64,000 bases of DNA from Lama guanicoe (taxonomy: Eukaryota). Under the pieces are notes generated by a model that worked only from the letters and a program-made list of their open reading frames with translations, ran no database searches and was not told the DNA's origin. The translations under genes were made by a program, and so were the position numbers. Positions 62,748 through 64,000 of this stretch are shown one piece after another (the stretch's first letter is position 1; each line of letters starts with the position of its first letter). Location of the stretch: positions 12,847,175 through 12,911,174 of the forward strand of contig MU056000.1 of NCBI GenBank assembly GCA_013239625.1, read 5' to 3'.

Positions 62748-64000
62748 CATAGGAGATACTGCTTTGCTGGTTTACATCTTCTAGTCTGGGTTCTTTTATT
62801 CAGTGAGTAGATGTTCTATTTTCTCTACATGTCATTTTTAAGGGTTCACTAGCAAAGACATTTCAGACAACAAATCATTTTTGGTGTGATTTGATTCCTC
62901 TTCTTCTTTCCTTAATTCTTATTTTTTCGGTAGTTCAGTTTCTGCTAGTCCTTTCATATCCTGCTCCATTGTTAGTCCATGAAGCAAGGGCTGCTGTGTG
63001 CCATTGTGTCTGAACTGGCTAGGTACCATTAAATCTCCCTTCCAGCAGTGGCTCCCTAGAAGCCTGTTGAAGCTCTGCCTGCTTTTCTGTTTCAACACCT
63101 CAGGGGACACCTTCAAATGCTTTCTCTTCTCAGCCCTCCAAAGCTCCATGATTTTTATGCCATTGCTTAGAAACCGGGGTTTGCTTTTTGGTCTCCCTTT
63201 CATTTGAACCGTATTTCTTTTGTTTATCAAACCACAGATGTGCACAAACCACAAAAGCAACCAGCTCTGTCTCCCAGTCTAAGATAAAAGTTTTCTCTCA
63301 ACATCTAACATGACTGAGCAGAGCATACAGGCGTCTTATTAAGGCTCTCACAGCCGTCTTCAGATCTTTTTTGCACTCGTTCAATGTCTACTATAAATAC
63401 TGAATCTTCAAAAATAAACTCCCAAGGAAATTCTCCAAAGTGTCTCAATAGCCTACTTCTGAAGACCTAAAACCTGGAAATAGCTTCTATCTCTCTTGGT
63501 TTTTTTGGATTGGCAGCTTTCTGCCTCTCCCCTACACACTTTTTAGGTGCCTGCCAAGCTGTCCAGTGGGACTGTTTTGTTATGATGATTCTTTGGTAGT
63601 GAGGACAAGACAGTAACTCCTGTCAGAGGTGAACCCAGAGCTTTTAAGGAGCAGAAATATTGGGATGACAACTTGCAAAGATCCTCTGGACTACCCCAGC
63701 TCAAGGGTATCACTATTTAATCAATTTATGTCCAACTTTATGTACACTACATATATCCATTGTCCTATATAATATTCACACTAATGAACAGAAAACACAT
63801 GCTGTCATACCTTACTTAGCTTTTGATTTTATAAGCATGCATTCCTTATCTTCTTCATTTTATTTTTTTAATGGTTTACAATATAATTAATAACCTAAAT
63901 TGGAGACGTTGAAACTTAGATCTGAAACAAACCATTTTTTATTTGCTGTCCTTTAGGTAACCTCAGTCCTCAAGATTTAACATTTATTGTATCCATTCTC

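Noticed and set aside
1..64000. Prokaryote-style systems (CRISPR arrays, operons, defence islands)
   Set aside because: The sequence is mammalian and repeat-rich, with no long ORFs and no regularly spaced repeats.

Overview
This is AT-rich, CpG-depleted placental-mammal genomic DNA, intronic or intergenic in character. I found no supportable protein-coding gene, tRNA, rRNA or known ncRNA. The ORFs in the track are short, and each is either chance or a piece of a repeat (L1 ORF2, SINE, microsatellite). Much of the window is transposable-element relics: L1 of several ages, L2, MIR, MaLR/MLT LTRs, ERVL internal pieces, ERV1-type LTRs and hAT DNA transposons (MER5, MER20, MER91). Four tRNA-Ala(AGC)-derived SINEs resemble the camelid vic-1 family, the L1 3' ends are artiodactyl-type, and I saw no Alu, B1, BovB/Bov-tA, CHR or PRE-1 elements. 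Together these point to a camelid (alpaca, llama or camel) genome; this is inference. The most interesting non-repeat signal is a repeat-poor block at about 34.5-38.1 kb that retains CpGs and carries PBX-HOX, MEIS, SOX and ONECUT motifs plus a near-perfect RFX X-box, making it a candidate conserved enhancer cluster. Other points of note are serial retrotransposon insertion at one L1 endonuclease site, a composite insert inside an MLT1 LTR, and a fossil ERVL dUTPase. Repeat family names come from recalled consensus sequences, not a database search, and boundaries are approximate unless a target-site duplication (TSD) is given. I found no evidence of a novel multi-gene system.
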